A DNA stretch of 64,000 nt from Torpedo marmorata (taxonomy: Eukaryota): NCBI GenBank assembly GCA_977017645.1, contig OZ360233.1, forward strand, positions 21,390,001-21,454,000, in the 5' to 3' direction. Position numbers and translations under genes: made by a program. A model generated the notes under the pieces. That model saw nothing but the letters and a program-made list of their open reading frames with translations, had not been told where the DNA came from and did no database searches. This document shows positions 25,877-38,392 of this stretch, one piece after another. Positions within the stretch are counted from its first letter, which is position 1, and each line of letters starts with the position of its first letter.

Positions 25877-27758
25877 TTAAGTAAAGACAAGGCATTTGAT
25901 TGCATTGATACAACGATCTAAAAATTACTCCTTCTTAGAGGAATGCAAGAAGGGCGCTGACGATCCCATGAAGATGTGAGCTAATATTTTCCCGTTGGTT
26001 TTAGATTCAATGGCAACATTGGGACTTTTAGTGTTAAATCGTACGTTACAACTATAATAACAGCAATACAGCAGTGGGGCTGTATTACGTCAGCAAGATC
26101 AGATCAACTTTTGAATGATAAAAAATGCTACAATGATCATGCGTTTATTGTCATATACACATGCACCTAAATTCTTACTTTCTGCCTCCGAACGGGTATT
26201 TATAAAAAGAAACATGATTGGTGTAACAACGAAAATTCGGGAGTCTAATAGCTGTTGGAAATAAACTGTTCTTGAAACTACAGGTTCTCGTTTTCAGTCC
26301 TGCACTTTCTGCCTTAAGGTAGAAGCGATACGGTTGTAAGGGTCTTTTGTGATGTTGGCTTCCTTCTTGAGGATGGGAGGTCGGGGTCAGATGGCTGTGT
26401 TTCTTGCCTTCTGCGTCCTCTGCGCTCCAGGGCACTTGATTTCCAAGCCAGGCTGTGATACTTTCCACAGTTCACCTGTAGAAGTTTGATTTATGTATAC
26501 GAGGGTAGAACCATCGAACCATAGAACATTTTGCTAGAAAAAAACAAGTTGCCAAACAAAATATGATTACCGTCATCTCATTAGGTGTTTAAGCTGGTGA
26601 GGGAAGCGGTGAAGATACTGTTGTTCTTAGGAGCGATTTGAATGAGGAGAGATACGAGTGTTTGAGGGGAGTTCCAGATTTCAGAGCATTTTGCGAGCCA
26701 GGCATAAGAGTTATTGGGTGCTGCATTATATTGACTGAACCAATAATCGTGCACTGAGAAGTGTGTTGTGACAATATCTCTTCCCCTCGATAATCACGCG
26801 AAATATATTATTTGATTACCACTGTACCGAAAGACGAGACTAAATTTGATCCTTGTGTATCAAGGCGATCGATCTGTGGCGCAATTTGTTCGAATGTTTT
26901 TTTTCATGAGACATTCGGAATTACATGTTACATTCTTACATTCGCCTCATGGATGTTATTGACTGGAGTGACTGAGAAAAGATGTTGAAATCGATTGATG
27001 TCATCCACGCTGTTGAATACAGGTCAAAACACATTAATTGAGTTAAAATGAACTAATGTCAAAGACATCAAGTGCCACCAATCGATGGAGATCAGAATGA
27101 TTGCCAATTTTCTATCATCCGTGCAATAACAAAATTTGAAAAGGAAGCAAGAACATAATTGAGTGACTCCCAACATATTTTAAATCATCCATACCTCGCT
27201 ATTTGCTAAATGTTCCACTACTTACACCTAGTATTAGAAATGATAGATCCCTTTGGATTATATAATAAAGTCTACCACCTCAGTTTTAATCTTATCTGTT
27301 TTATAACTGTTATTCGTATTTGATATGGGCGAACAAACGAAAGTCGTTCACCCTCGTNNNNNNNNNNNNNNNNNNNNNNNNNNNNNNNNNNNNNNNNNNN
27401 NNNNNNNNNNNNNNNNNNNNNNNNNNNNNNNNNNNNNNNNNNNNNNNNNNNNNNNNNNNNNNNNNNNNNNNNNNNNNNNNNNNNNNNNNNNNNNNNNNNN
27501 NNNNNNNNNNNNNNNNNNNNNNNNNNNNNNNNNNNNNNNNNNNNNNNNNNNNNNNNNNNNNNNNNNNNNNNNNNNNNNNNNNNNNNNNNCTAAATGAATT
27601 GTTGTGTGTGTGTTCGTTTGTGTTAGTTTATCTATCTGCATCTGTGTATCGATATGTTCGTGTGGGTGCTGGGTGGTGAGTGAGTGAGAGAGAGGGCGGT
27701 TGCCTGCGTGTCTATGAAAAATAGGCTCGTAGTTTTTGTTCGAGAGTCCCACGCTGTG

Positions 27759-27820
27759 GATCACTTCAGGAGTTACAAAGCTTATCTTTGGGAAAGGGAC
27801 CAAAATGACGGTGAAACCAA
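27759..27820 (+). CDS. TRAJ: TRAJ segment ITSGVTKLIFGKGTKMTVKP
   Basis: RSS AGTTTTTGT-12-CGCTGTG (27731-27758); GTGAGT donor. Confidence 0.92.
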
Positions 27821-28161
27821 GTGAGTAACTCAAACTTTCTTTTCGTTTATCGGGTCTGTGTTGCCTAAAGTACAAGAAGGCTCGAGTCGTATATTTGAGA
27901 ATGGGAATACCTCCATGTGCTTTGCATTCCCTGTAGATTGGCTATTCCTGTGCTGAAATCTTCTCTGTTTAATGCGCTCCCGAGTTACAACTATGTCTGG
28001 TATTTAACATCACACGCTTAAATGAAAGGCCGCTATGTTCGACGAGGATGAGCTGTGAAAATTTCCCCTTCCTCATCCCCAGTGAACTCGACCGATCATG
28101 CAAACACTCGAGACAGAGGTGGAATATGCACGTTTGTTTGTTGTTAGTTGTGTGCACTATA

Positions 28162-28213
28162 AAGAGCAGAGTAAACTCATTTGATGGAGGAACTCGTCTG
28201 ATCGTGACGGCAA
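28162..28213 (+). pseudogene. TRAJ: TRAJ pseudogene (KL/FDGGTRLIVTA, frameshift)
   Basis: Heptamer CACTATA, degenerate nonamer, intact GTAAGT. Confidence 0.7.
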
Positions 28214-29643
28214 GTAAGTCTACTCGCTCCGTCTGTTCTCAGCAGAAACAAAATCCAGACTTGGTTGGTTTGCATTGGATTCGAAAGGTTATCGAGTATC
28301 CCACCAACTGGTAGAGATGTTACCGCGCAGCTCCAGCGACCAGAATTCCACCCTAACTCCGGTGGTGTCCATTGAGTTTGCACGTTCCTCCTGTAACCAC
28401 GTGGGCTTCCTCCGGAAGCTCCAGTTGTTTCCTACATCTTGATTACATGCGAGTTCAGGAGGTCAGTTGGTCACTCTAAAGTGTCACCAGTGTGTTGGCG
28501 AATCTTGGAAGCTGAGGGGCAGTTGATGGTTCTGTGATTCTCATAGGTTACAGAGAAAATTAACGGAACTCGGTGGGCCGAAATTGCCTTTCTCTATGTC
28601 GAAATGGAAAACTAAATATGGCAAATTATCGCCAAGATGGTGTGGAATTTGCTTGCCCTTGACGCAAAGGACCAGATTTAAATTGACATGCCTTGTACAG
28701 TATATATCCCGGAAATATTCAATCACTTCAGTGGAAATGAAACAAGAAAATGATGGGGATATTCGAAAAGTCAAACTGCGTTCGTGTAGAGAAACTGAAT
28801 TAACGTATCTGGTCAGTGACTCGTCATTGGTGGGGGGGGGGGCGCCGGGATGCGTGATGAATGCCCAACAAGCATATATTGACAAGGTTTCCCAATAAGC
28901 CATGTCCTGAATTGAAAGTAGATTTATTCACAATAGCGAGCATTCTTGAGCGTTAATCATACGTATTTTCACAACATAAAATCAATCCCGCGGGGGATAA
29001 TTGTGTGAAGGTTGGCGGTGTGATCCTGCGAAGGTGTCGTAAAGCATTGAAATAAGACAATCTTCAGGTAGAATTAAGGTCATTAACAAGGAGTGTTAAA
29101 ACATATTGTCAGAAGTGTTTGCCCAGACATTGGTGGTCGTGGTGGGAAGTGCAATGTTGTACGGTCCCCTATCGGGAATAACAGAAGAGGTGAAGCAAAA
29201 AAATGTATTTCGAATGTAATTGAATGAGTAGTTCGCCTGCTACAATTTTGTGGTCCCAAATTTGGTTGGATTGGAATCACAGTAAACAACTGGGTTGACC
29301 TTTTTTACCTTGACTAAACGAAGCGCAGTTCTTGTGAGGCACAGTTTTCCATCATAACATGATCATTGTTGGTCAAACTTTCGACATTCTATTACGCTGC
29401 CGTTCCCTGCCTGTAGAATTAGCAGCTCGCCTTATGATAGATGTGCTCTTGGAGTCAGTTTTAATAAAATGGGCCGAACGGCCTCCTCCTGTACCATGAT
29501 ATGTATGTGTGGAATATATGTACTGTATTTCTGAACTATTTCGTCCTAACGTTGCCCTGGAAAAATTTCACTTTGTAGTTAAAGCCTCTTTCACCACAGC
29601 TAATAAGAACGAATGAGTTATTGTATGGGTGATGGCCACTGTG

Positions 29644-29709
29644 TGGGTAATACTGCAAGCAATGGAAAGCTGATATTCGGTCGAGGGACACAGTTGACCG
29701 TAACACCTG
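29644..29709 (+). CDS. TRAJ: TRAJ segment GNTASNGKLIFGRGTQLTVTP
   Basis: RSS AGTTATTGT-12-CACTGTG (29616-29643); GTAAGT. Confidence 0.92.
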
Positions 29710-30792
29710 GTAAGTCCCTCAACATTCATGTCCTTGTGTAGAATTCATGGAAACGGCTTGCGTTTTCTTTTTGAAATAATAAATATAACGGAGTTGTCAA
29801 CTTCCATGTCAATTCTACTGTAGGTAAAATACCTAAATCGTAACTTAATGGATATTCCAGTTACTGGGGTAATTATAATTGTTTTTCTAAGACGTCACCA
29901 ACTTTAGGTGGGACATCATTTGGCCCGTCGGAGTTGTTAAATGGGCGGCATCAGAGTCCTGAAAATCATCCAATTAACCAACACAATGACCTCCAAAAAC
30001 CACGGAAGGGATTGTGACCTAAGCGCTCACTAGGAGCCCGAACAGTCTTAGNNNNNNNNNNNNNNNNNNNNNNNNNNNNNNNNNNNNNNNNNNNNNNNNN
30101 NNNNNNNNNNNNNNNNNNNNNNNNNNNNNNNNNNNNNNNNNNNNNNNNNNNNNNNNNNNNNNNNNNNNNNNNNNNNNNNNNNNNNNNNNNNNNNNNNNNN
30201 NNNNNNNNNNNNNNNNNNNNNNNNNNNNNNNNNNNNNNNNNNNNNNNNNNNNNNNNNNNNNNNNNNNNNNNNNNNNNNNNNNNNNNNNNNNNNNNNNNNN
30301 NNNNTATCCGTCCCTCTCCCTCCCTCTCTCTCAATCTCTCTCTCTCTCTCGCTCTTTGTCCCTCCATGGCTTCACTCCAGTCTCAGGCTCTGCAAATATA
30401 TAGCGGTTGTGCGTACGTTGCTGCTTAAATATAACTCTACCGTTTGGTTCCTCCTGAAGATACACCTTGATATGTTGGTAGATTTATGTACAGTTCCAAA
30501 GTGGTTAATGTGACCTTCCCAGAGGCGAGGATTGATTTGACGAGATCCACAGGCATGGCGTGAAAATGCAATACAAATTTAAACAATTAGCCAAGTTCCA
30601 TTCGTTTACATCGGTACGTGCAACTCCGAGGATAAAAATAGAATTTAGGAAGAAAGTAGATTGAATTTAATTTTACCGTTTTACATGATAGAGCTGCAAA
30701 TATCCTAAAGTTGATAATCAATCAATGACTGAAATGATCACGACTAAACTATACATCACGAAGTTGTATTTGAACTGCTGGTTGCCGCCGTG

Positions 30793-30858
30793 TGAATGTT
30801 GCTCAGGGTTTCAATAAGTAAACATATGGATCAGGCACCAAGTTAACCTTCATACTGA
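30793..30858 (+). pseudogene. TRAJ: TRAJ pseudogene NVAQGFNK*TYGSGTKLTFIL
   Basis: TGTATTTGA-12-CGCCGTG; in-frame stop; no donor. Confidence 0.78.
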
Positions 30859-31862
30859 CTTTGTCACTCAAATCGGCATCTCTCAAGGTATTGTCCTCCT
30901 GTCCCGTTTGTGAGTCTGCTTTCCAAGTTTTCAAACCCACTCGCGTGCAAGGAAGCAATAAGCAGCTGCACTTACATTGAAATAATTGAGTGAACAAAAC
31001 ATGCAAAACACAGGTAGCACCATGGCGCAGCTGGTAGAGTTGCCGGATCAAAGCTCCAGCGACACACGTTCAAGCCTGCCTCGCAATGCTGGCTACGTGA
31101 AGTTTGCACTTTCTCTCCGTAACCCTGTGGGTTTCCCACCTCTTCACGATTTATATGCTGGTGGATTAATTGGCCATTGGAAATTGTCCGCAGTGTACAG
31201 GTGGGATCTGGGGAAAAGTTGGTGGGAATTGGGGAGACTAAAATTGGATTGATGTACAATTGATGCAAGTGGTCGGAACGCATTCGGGGGAATCGAAGAA
31301 ACTGTTACCAATATGTATCTTTCTGTGACTTTATTACGCTAACTACGATTCACAAATATTATGTATTAAAACAACTTCTTGAGCTGCGAACTGCAGGAAC
31401 TTTGAGAAGTCTTAGCCGTCGGCTTACTCTCGCAAAAATAGGGAAAAGGGGAAATATTGAATAAGAATTTGTAAGGGAAAACAGGTAATTCGGACGACTT
31501 TAACAATAGTGTTCCAACGTGTCATTCCACTCTTAAAAAATAAGTATTCTGCAGACTAAAATCAGACGATAGAATCAGTTTTCCTGAAAGCAGCTCGGCC
31601 ACTTAAACATCATGTTCAACATCTCTTCAATTGTGCAACGCCTTCAGGTATGAATTGTGCCGTGTGAACTGAATTGGGAAAATGAATTCAATGTGCAAAC
31701 AAAACCGCTTCGTCTGCGCGGTAGTTTCGTTATCGAGACGGCCACCGTTGCATTAAAACAGACAAAAAAAGGACTGCATTTGAAAAAACAACATGGAGGC
31801 AATCTGTTCTCTGCAGATCAATATAGCTCAAGAGTATTTTTGTACTGCCGGTGAGCACTCTG

Positions 31863-31927
31863 TGAATACCGGTGGTAGTACCCTGAGGGTGATATTTGGA
31901 TCAGAGACTAAGTTATCGTGGCACCCA
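31863..31927 (+). pseudogene. TRAJ: TRAJ pseudogene NTGGSTLRVIFGSETKL (frameshift)
   Basis: TATTTTTGT-12-CACTCTG (31835-31862); 1-nt deletion; donor lost. Confidence 0.8.
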
Positions 31928-33230
31928 GAAATGCTTCAAAACACCATTCTTCAATGCTCTCGTACTTCATAAATAAACAGAAAATGTAAAAATCAAACAC
32001 CCAGCAAATCAGGAGACATCTGTGTAAAGGGAATCTAGATTAACGTTTCACGACGAAACACCGACCTGCTGGGTTCTTCCAGTGTTTTCCCTTTTTATTT
32101 CAGATTTTCAGCATCTGTGATTATTTGTTTGGATTATTTTCATATCTTGCTCTTTTATCCAATTTGTAAACCGCCAAATTCCGATGCAACCTAACAGTGA
32201 TTGCAACCCAAGATTCAAACAGTCAGTGATATTANNNNNNNNNNNNNNNNNNNNNNNNNNNNNNNNNNNNNNNNNNNNNNNNNNNNNNNNNNNNNNNNNN
32301 NNNNNNNNNNNNNNNNNNNNNNNNNNNNNNNNNNNNNNNNNNNNNNNNNNNNNNNNNNNNNNNNNNNNNNNNNNNNNNNNNNNNNNNNNNNNNNNNNNNN
32401 NNNNNNNNNNNNNNNNNNNNNNNNNNNNNNNNNNNNNNNNNNNNNNNNNNNNNNNNNNNNNNNNNNNNNNNNNNNNNNNNNNNNNNAAGGGTACAGAAGA
32501 AATTTACAAGGATGCTGCCTGGATTATAAGGTATGAGCTGGAGGCCGTGGTTGGCCAAGCTTGGGTTGCTTTCTTTGACTTTGGAAGGCTGAGGGGAGAT
32601 CTGCGAGAAGCTGATATAATTGTGAGAGCTATAGACAAGGTGGACAGTCAGAATCTTTATCCCCTTGGTAAATATTTAAATACTCTGGGACATGCATTTT
32701 AGGTGAAGGTGGGTTTTAATGAAATGTTTTAGGTTAAGTTTTTATTGACACAGAAAGTAGCGAGTGCCTGGAACAAGCTTCCCGAATAGTAGTAAACCAG
32801 ATACGACAGGAGCATTTAAAAGGCTTCCCGATGGACACGTGAAGCTTCAGGGAGCAGCGAAGTTTGGATCACCTGGAAGCGGGAGAGATTTAGCCTCATG
32901 TTTGGCGCAATTATTTTGGACCAAACACATTTCATGCGCCTAAATTGTTGCTCATGCCAATATATGGAGCAATTACGCTATGAAATAGAGATTACATAGA
33001 GGGATGAATTAAGTAATCATCAAAGATGTGCCAGGTGAAAGGAACGGATGGATAAGATTTAGGTTCAATGTGGTGGAATTGTTCGTTTTGACGTTGAAAG
33101 CAGTCGCTAAGTGTTGAGCAAATGTAGATCTACATCGAACATGGAACATTCCAACACAACACAGGCCCTTCAGCCCACGGTGCTGTGCCGATTAATCTGT
33201 AAGGTTTTTGTCAGGAAGTTAAACGATGTG

Positions 33231-33290
33231 TGAATGTAGGAGCAACTGCACCTATATTTGGAACGGGGACCAGATTAAATATCGTTCCCA
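33231..33290 (+). CDS. TRAJ: TRAJ segment NVGATAPIFGTGTRLNIVP
   Basis: RSS GGTTTTTGT-12-CGATGTG (33203-33230); GTAAGT. Confidence 0.9.
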
Positions 33291-34625
33291 GTAAGTATTT
33301 GAGTGTATTGATGAACGCAAAAAGTACTTATAGACTGAAGGTAGCCGTCAGGTGATTCTGGAGAAGCTGGTAAAGATTTTTCTTCAGCAATAGTGTTTAA
33401 AGTTGGAAAGGCAATGCTATCCCGACGGGAATTAACGACCATTCATGAGACTGGCTCCAGAGATGACGAGTTTGTCGTCTAAGGAGAGATGGCGGAGACT
33501 CAAACTGTCTTCTTTAGAATTGACAAAAGTGACAATGTCTTTCGTAAACTTACAAATTTGTTAAATGGTTTCGTAAGCTAAATGTACAATGCTTATTATT
33601 ACTGAACCACGACTGGTTTTCGGGCGTGCTGCGAAGTTTAACAAAATGACTGCAAAAGTATTAATCGGCTAGATAATTAACAGATAGTGTTAGTTGCCTT
33701 TGTGCTGCAGAAAACTCAAGAGGGAATAAAATGGCAGCAATCACAATATTGCAGAGATGAGCTCCTGAGGAAAGTCAAGGTTAAAAAAACTGCTGGAAGA
33801 ACTCAGCGGCTGAAGCAGTATCCATAGAATCCAGTCGACGTTCCGGGTAACTGACAGTTTCCTTCCACAGATGCTGCCTGACCCGCTGAATTCCTCCAGC
33901 AGTTTGCTTTCTGCTCTAGATTCAACCATCTGCAGTCTCATGCAGCTCCATAACCTCAAGGTTCTGGTTTAGTACTCCTACTCGTCACAATGAGAGCAGT
34001 TCCTCGAGTATGCTAACATTTGGCCGAGAAGCGTTATTAAGCACAACACTCAGTATGGGGGCTTCAAATTGGGATTCCTTTTTATGCATTCCTGGTACAT
34101 GATTTGTAAATATGAATCCCAGATTTTCATTAAAATCAATAGGGAAGAGCACGAGAGCCAGCTTCTTGTTATATTCTATGAAAATATAGAAATATATTCT
34201 AAATCAGGAATGTAAAACAAAGGAAGTTCTGTTGAACATAATAGCCAACAGAATTGCAGTTGGTAGTGAGAGATGTCCATTCCTGGAAATGAAGGTAGAA
34301 TAGGGCAAGAAAGAGGACAGTCGGCAATGGTCCATATCAAATATAAAAGGGGAGAGCCATTGAGCTGATGGTGTTTCAGGACCTAAAGTTGCTTCAGAAA
34401 ATGCTGACACTTAACTTGAATAGCGTTCACTTTTTGTCTTCCTGCAACTAAAATTATTATTTCTAACAAGGGGCACAATGTTTGAATAGTGTTGTTTGAA
34501 TAGAGCAAATTAGTCATTCCCCTTGTGAATTTTGTGTGAAAGTTTGCCCCTTTATGAAATATCGTTAAGCAATAACTGAGCCTGTGCTGTTGGGGAAGGT
34601 TTTTGTGATGGGGTTAGGTGTTGTG

Positions 34626-34688
34626 TGAATACGGGAGGATCTACTCCATTGACATTTGGAAGTGGGATCCGGTTGAAGATTGAACCAG
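34626..34688 (+). CDS. TRAJ: TRAJ segment NTGGSTPLTFGSGIRLKIEP
   Basis: RSS GGTTTTTGT-12-TGTTGTG (34598-34625); GTAAGT. Confidence 0.88.
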
Positions 34689-35335
34689 GTAAGTTAGATA
34701 ACATATCGATGAACGGAATCGCCAACAACTGTAAATTATACTATGATAGTCTGCAAAGTTTGGTTCAAAAGTAAAATATTTTTAAAACACTTCATCTATG
34801 AAATAACCATTCACCCTCGGCAAGCCATCAAGCGGCATAAACATAAGATGCATTTACGCGTATCCTGTTGAGATAGCTTAAGAATAGGCAAAATGCATGG
34901 GTTTGTCTCAAGACTCTTCAGATAATGAAACATCCTCCCTTGAACTATCATTTGGAAGCGCTTCCATTCAGTTCGTTGAAACTGAACGACTTTCGGTTCC
35001 CGGGTCTGAGTAGCGAGGGATGAACTTGGCAAAAATCATGTACGTTAAGGAGCAGGTTGTATGTTCCGCCGAGCTAAATACGTAATCCAGACAGGAATCA
35101 TTATATTGTAGATAGCGCAGAAAAAATCAGATATTGACAGAGAAACGGGGTTAATGTTAACAGTTTCTCTTTCTACAGATGCTGCCTGGTCTGCTGGGTG
35201 GTTTCGGTATATTCTGGGTTTTTTTATTATTTGGGGTTTTCTGAATCTGTAGTTAGTTTTATTAAATCCAAAGAACAATACTATATATGCTTCAAAAGAG
35301 CTCAAGTTATTTTTGAATTGATGGATGTCACTGTG

Positions 35336-35401
35336 TGAATGCTGGTACATCACTAAATAAACTTGCGTTTGGATCAGGAACGAGGTTAACAGTGATATCT
35401 A
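35336..35401 (+). CDS. TRAJ: TRAJ segment NAGTSLNKLAFGSGTRLTVIS
   Basis: RSS TATTTTTGA-12-CACTGTG (35308-35335); GTAAGT. Confidence 0.9.
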
Positions 35402-35871
35402 GTAAGTGTTTCATATACATATTCCCAAATATTTTTGACAGAACCTCGAATGTGCTGCATCTCTTCAGAAGGAAAAATCATGCATAAAAATAAAAGTAGT
35501 GAACGCCATAGAAACAAGGGCTGACATGTACGCCACAGTATAAGACTCTCCTTGTCCACAGAAATGGTGATGGATCATTCAATTTCGTATTTGTACCAAG
35601 AGAGGTTTAATGAGTAAAACGGGTTAGATCAAATTTATTGATAGAATCGGATTTAACTGACGCTTACCAATCTATGCCAATATCATGTCGATAGGTATTA
35701 TGACATTTATTTTGCATACAAGTTCCGCTGTGTTGACTCTCACAGATATTAAATAGAATCACATAACTGAATCTGTAGAAAGGAGCCAGAAAATGAATGA
35801 AGGTAAAATGAGGAGAGAGAGAGAGAGCAATTGTTGAGGATTGTTCTTTTTTATTGGTTAGCGCCATTGTG

Positions 35872-35938
35872 CGGGATGCCAATGTAGCTTCCAATAAGTT
35901 AACATTTGGTTCAGGAAATTAGTTAAAAGCGACACCCA
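35872..35938 (+). pseudogene. TRAJ: TRAJ pseudogene RDANVASNKLTFGSGN*LKATP
   Basis: Heptamer CATTGTG (35865-35871), poor nonamer, in-frame TAG, GTAAGT. Confidence 0.85.
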
Positions 35939-36566
35939 GTAAGTGCTTCAGATCACAATTCAGATATTATTGGCCTCTTGTCCAATTTGTGGATTCGGCT
36001 TCACACAGTTACTTCAAAGCTCCAGCGAGCCACGTTCGATCCATACCACCATTGTTATCTGTGTACGTTTTGCCCATACTCCCTGCGACTGGGTTTCCCG
36101 AGGGTGACCTGGTTCTGCGGGTTGGTCAATTCATCGGCTTCTGCAAACTGCCGCAGTATTGCTGGAGAACTGGGGTGGAGAGAGTTGAGAGGCATGGAAG
36201 AAAGAATGGCTCACATAGAAATAAGAGGGCGTGCAATGCACAAATGTTTCATTTTAAATAAATAAGCAGGAGACTGAAATTGGTGGTGTGTCTACAAAAC
36301 GAGCATGGACTCAATGGCCGAATGGCTTTTTTCTAGTCGTCATAAAAATGTACGAGCCGTATCTGTGAATTAGTTCCATAGATCACTGGGATTTCATATG
36401 CTCCCATTCAACTAAAATATAAAAAGCTATGTTCACAGTTATATGATTCATCGCACCATAAGCATCTAAGGTTGACTTGCAGTGTTTCGTTACCAAGAAT
36501 CAATGTTGTATTTATCTGAAAGAGAATGAATGCTCAGTGCTTTTTGTAAGGGGGCCAGGCACTGTG

Positions 36567-36628
36567 GAACTATGGAAATACCAACAAGCTAATATTTGGA
36601 AGCGGAACTCTGCTAATTGTGGAACCCA
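36567..36628 (+). CDS. TRAJ: TRAJ segment NYGNTNKLIFGSGTLLIVEP
   Basis: RSS GCTTTTTGT-12-CACTGTG (36539-36566); GTAAGT. Confidence 0.93.
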
Positions 36629-37619
36629 GTAAGTTCTACAATTGCTGTTGTATCTTTAGTCTTTGGCATACAAAAATACAGTTGATAAGTTGATTACCAG
36701 TCAGGCTTTAAAACTGATAAGCTATTCCCTCTATTTATTAGCTTGTACGCAGAAATACGTTCAACACTCTAGTTAAAGGGTGGTTCCGTGTTTATTTCCC
36801 CTTTTCTGAATTTCCTTTGTATCCTGTATTTTCATCTAAAATGTGCGAGCTGGCTACTTTAATCATCCGTTGTACAAGTTGGTGGTAGATGAATTAGGGG
36901 GGGGGGTGGTTTGACGGGGCGATGTGGGGGAGAATGTGATTATTTATTGTCACTTGAACGAGACACAATGAAAAGTGTAGTTTTGCATATGATTCAGTCA
37001 GCGCAAAATAGAGTCTCCACGCTTTGGCGTCATTTTGCATTTATAAGCTTCACGCGAAATCGCATGGTTAAAAACAAAGTAACAAAATTAATCAGGGAAT
37101 TGTCAACCTGGGCTTCTAGCATTTCATCATAACAGGCAAACCAGATTCGTTAATGTGAGCTTCCAGCCATTTCAGGAGCTGATCGATCATCGGCGAGTGG
37201 ATAGGAATCAGGCGCAAACAGTCGTTCCGTAACGTTGGACATAGTCCCGATAAGTGCGGCGCCGTGGCCGCGGTAAATGCCCTGGTTGCGGCACCCACCT
37301 GAGCAGCCGTCGCGCCCTCCCTGGTCGTACGTGCCTCTGCATAAAATTAGAAATGTGAAGGAATGAGACGGGGGATAGCGTTCAGACCCTGGATATTCTT
37401 GGCTGGTAAATTGGATCTCACAGAAAATGTGGAAAATGAAGCAATGCAATTTTACACGGATTTTTATAACAAAATTTGATGAAGTGCAAAGAACAACATG
37501 GGTGGGTGGGGAATATACTTCCCTACACAAAACAACACGAGTCATTTATCTCAAGGACCTCGATAACGCAGCCTTGGAAGATAAAGACAACTCAGAAGGG
37601 CCAGGGGGAAGTTCACGAA

Positions 37620-38080
37620 AAAGAATAGGATGTAGAAAGAGTGCAGCGAAGATTTACTAGGATGCTGCATGGACTCCATGAACTGAGTTACAGGGAAAGG
37701 TTAAAATGTTTAGGACTTTATTCCCTGGAGCGTAGAAGAATGAGGGGACATTTTATAGAGATATTTAAAATTATGAGGGGGTAGACAGAGTAAATGTAGA
37801 TAGGCATTTTCCACTGAGGGTAGGTGAGATGCAAACCAGAGGACATCGTGAAAGGGGAAATGTTTAGGGGGAACATGAGGGGGAACGAGCTGCCAGCTGA
37901 GGTGGTGAATGCGGGCTCGAGTTTGACATTTAAGGAAAGTTTGGATAGCTTCATGGATGGGAGGGCTATGAGGGTAGATGGTCCGGGTGCAGGTCAATGG
38001 GACGAGGCAAAAAAGTGTTCTGCACAGTACAGAAGGCCGAAAGGGCCTGTTTCTGTGCTGTAGTTTTCTATGGTTCTATG
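37620..38080 (+). mobile_element. CR1 3' fragment
   Basis: LGLYSLERRRMRG-encoding DNA; TTCTATGG tail. Confidence 0.8.
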
Positions 38081-38329
38081 GAATTAGACTGTTACTGGGA
38101 CTCGTTGGCTTGAATATAAGGAGAGATTGGATAGGCTGGGAATTTTCTCTCTGGAGAGTAGGTGGTTGGTGGGGGGGGCTGATAGAGCTTTATGAAATGA
38201 TGGGGACATGGATAAGATGAATGGCCACATTCTTTTTCCAAGGAATTTCTATGGAATTAGAACCGAGGTTGGACAACAACCGAGTCAGTGTTCAGTGGCG
38301 AGATTTTTGTCATACGTTCGTGCACTGTG

Positions 38330-38392
38330 TGTCTGGAGGATCAGCAACTGCGCTGATATTTGGAGGCGGCACCAAATTGACCGTGGAATCCA
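38330..38392 (+). CDS. TRAJ: TRAJ segment SGGSATALIFGGGTKLTVES
   Basis: RSS GATTTTTGT-12-CACTGTG (38302-38329); GTAAGT. Confidence 0.93.
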
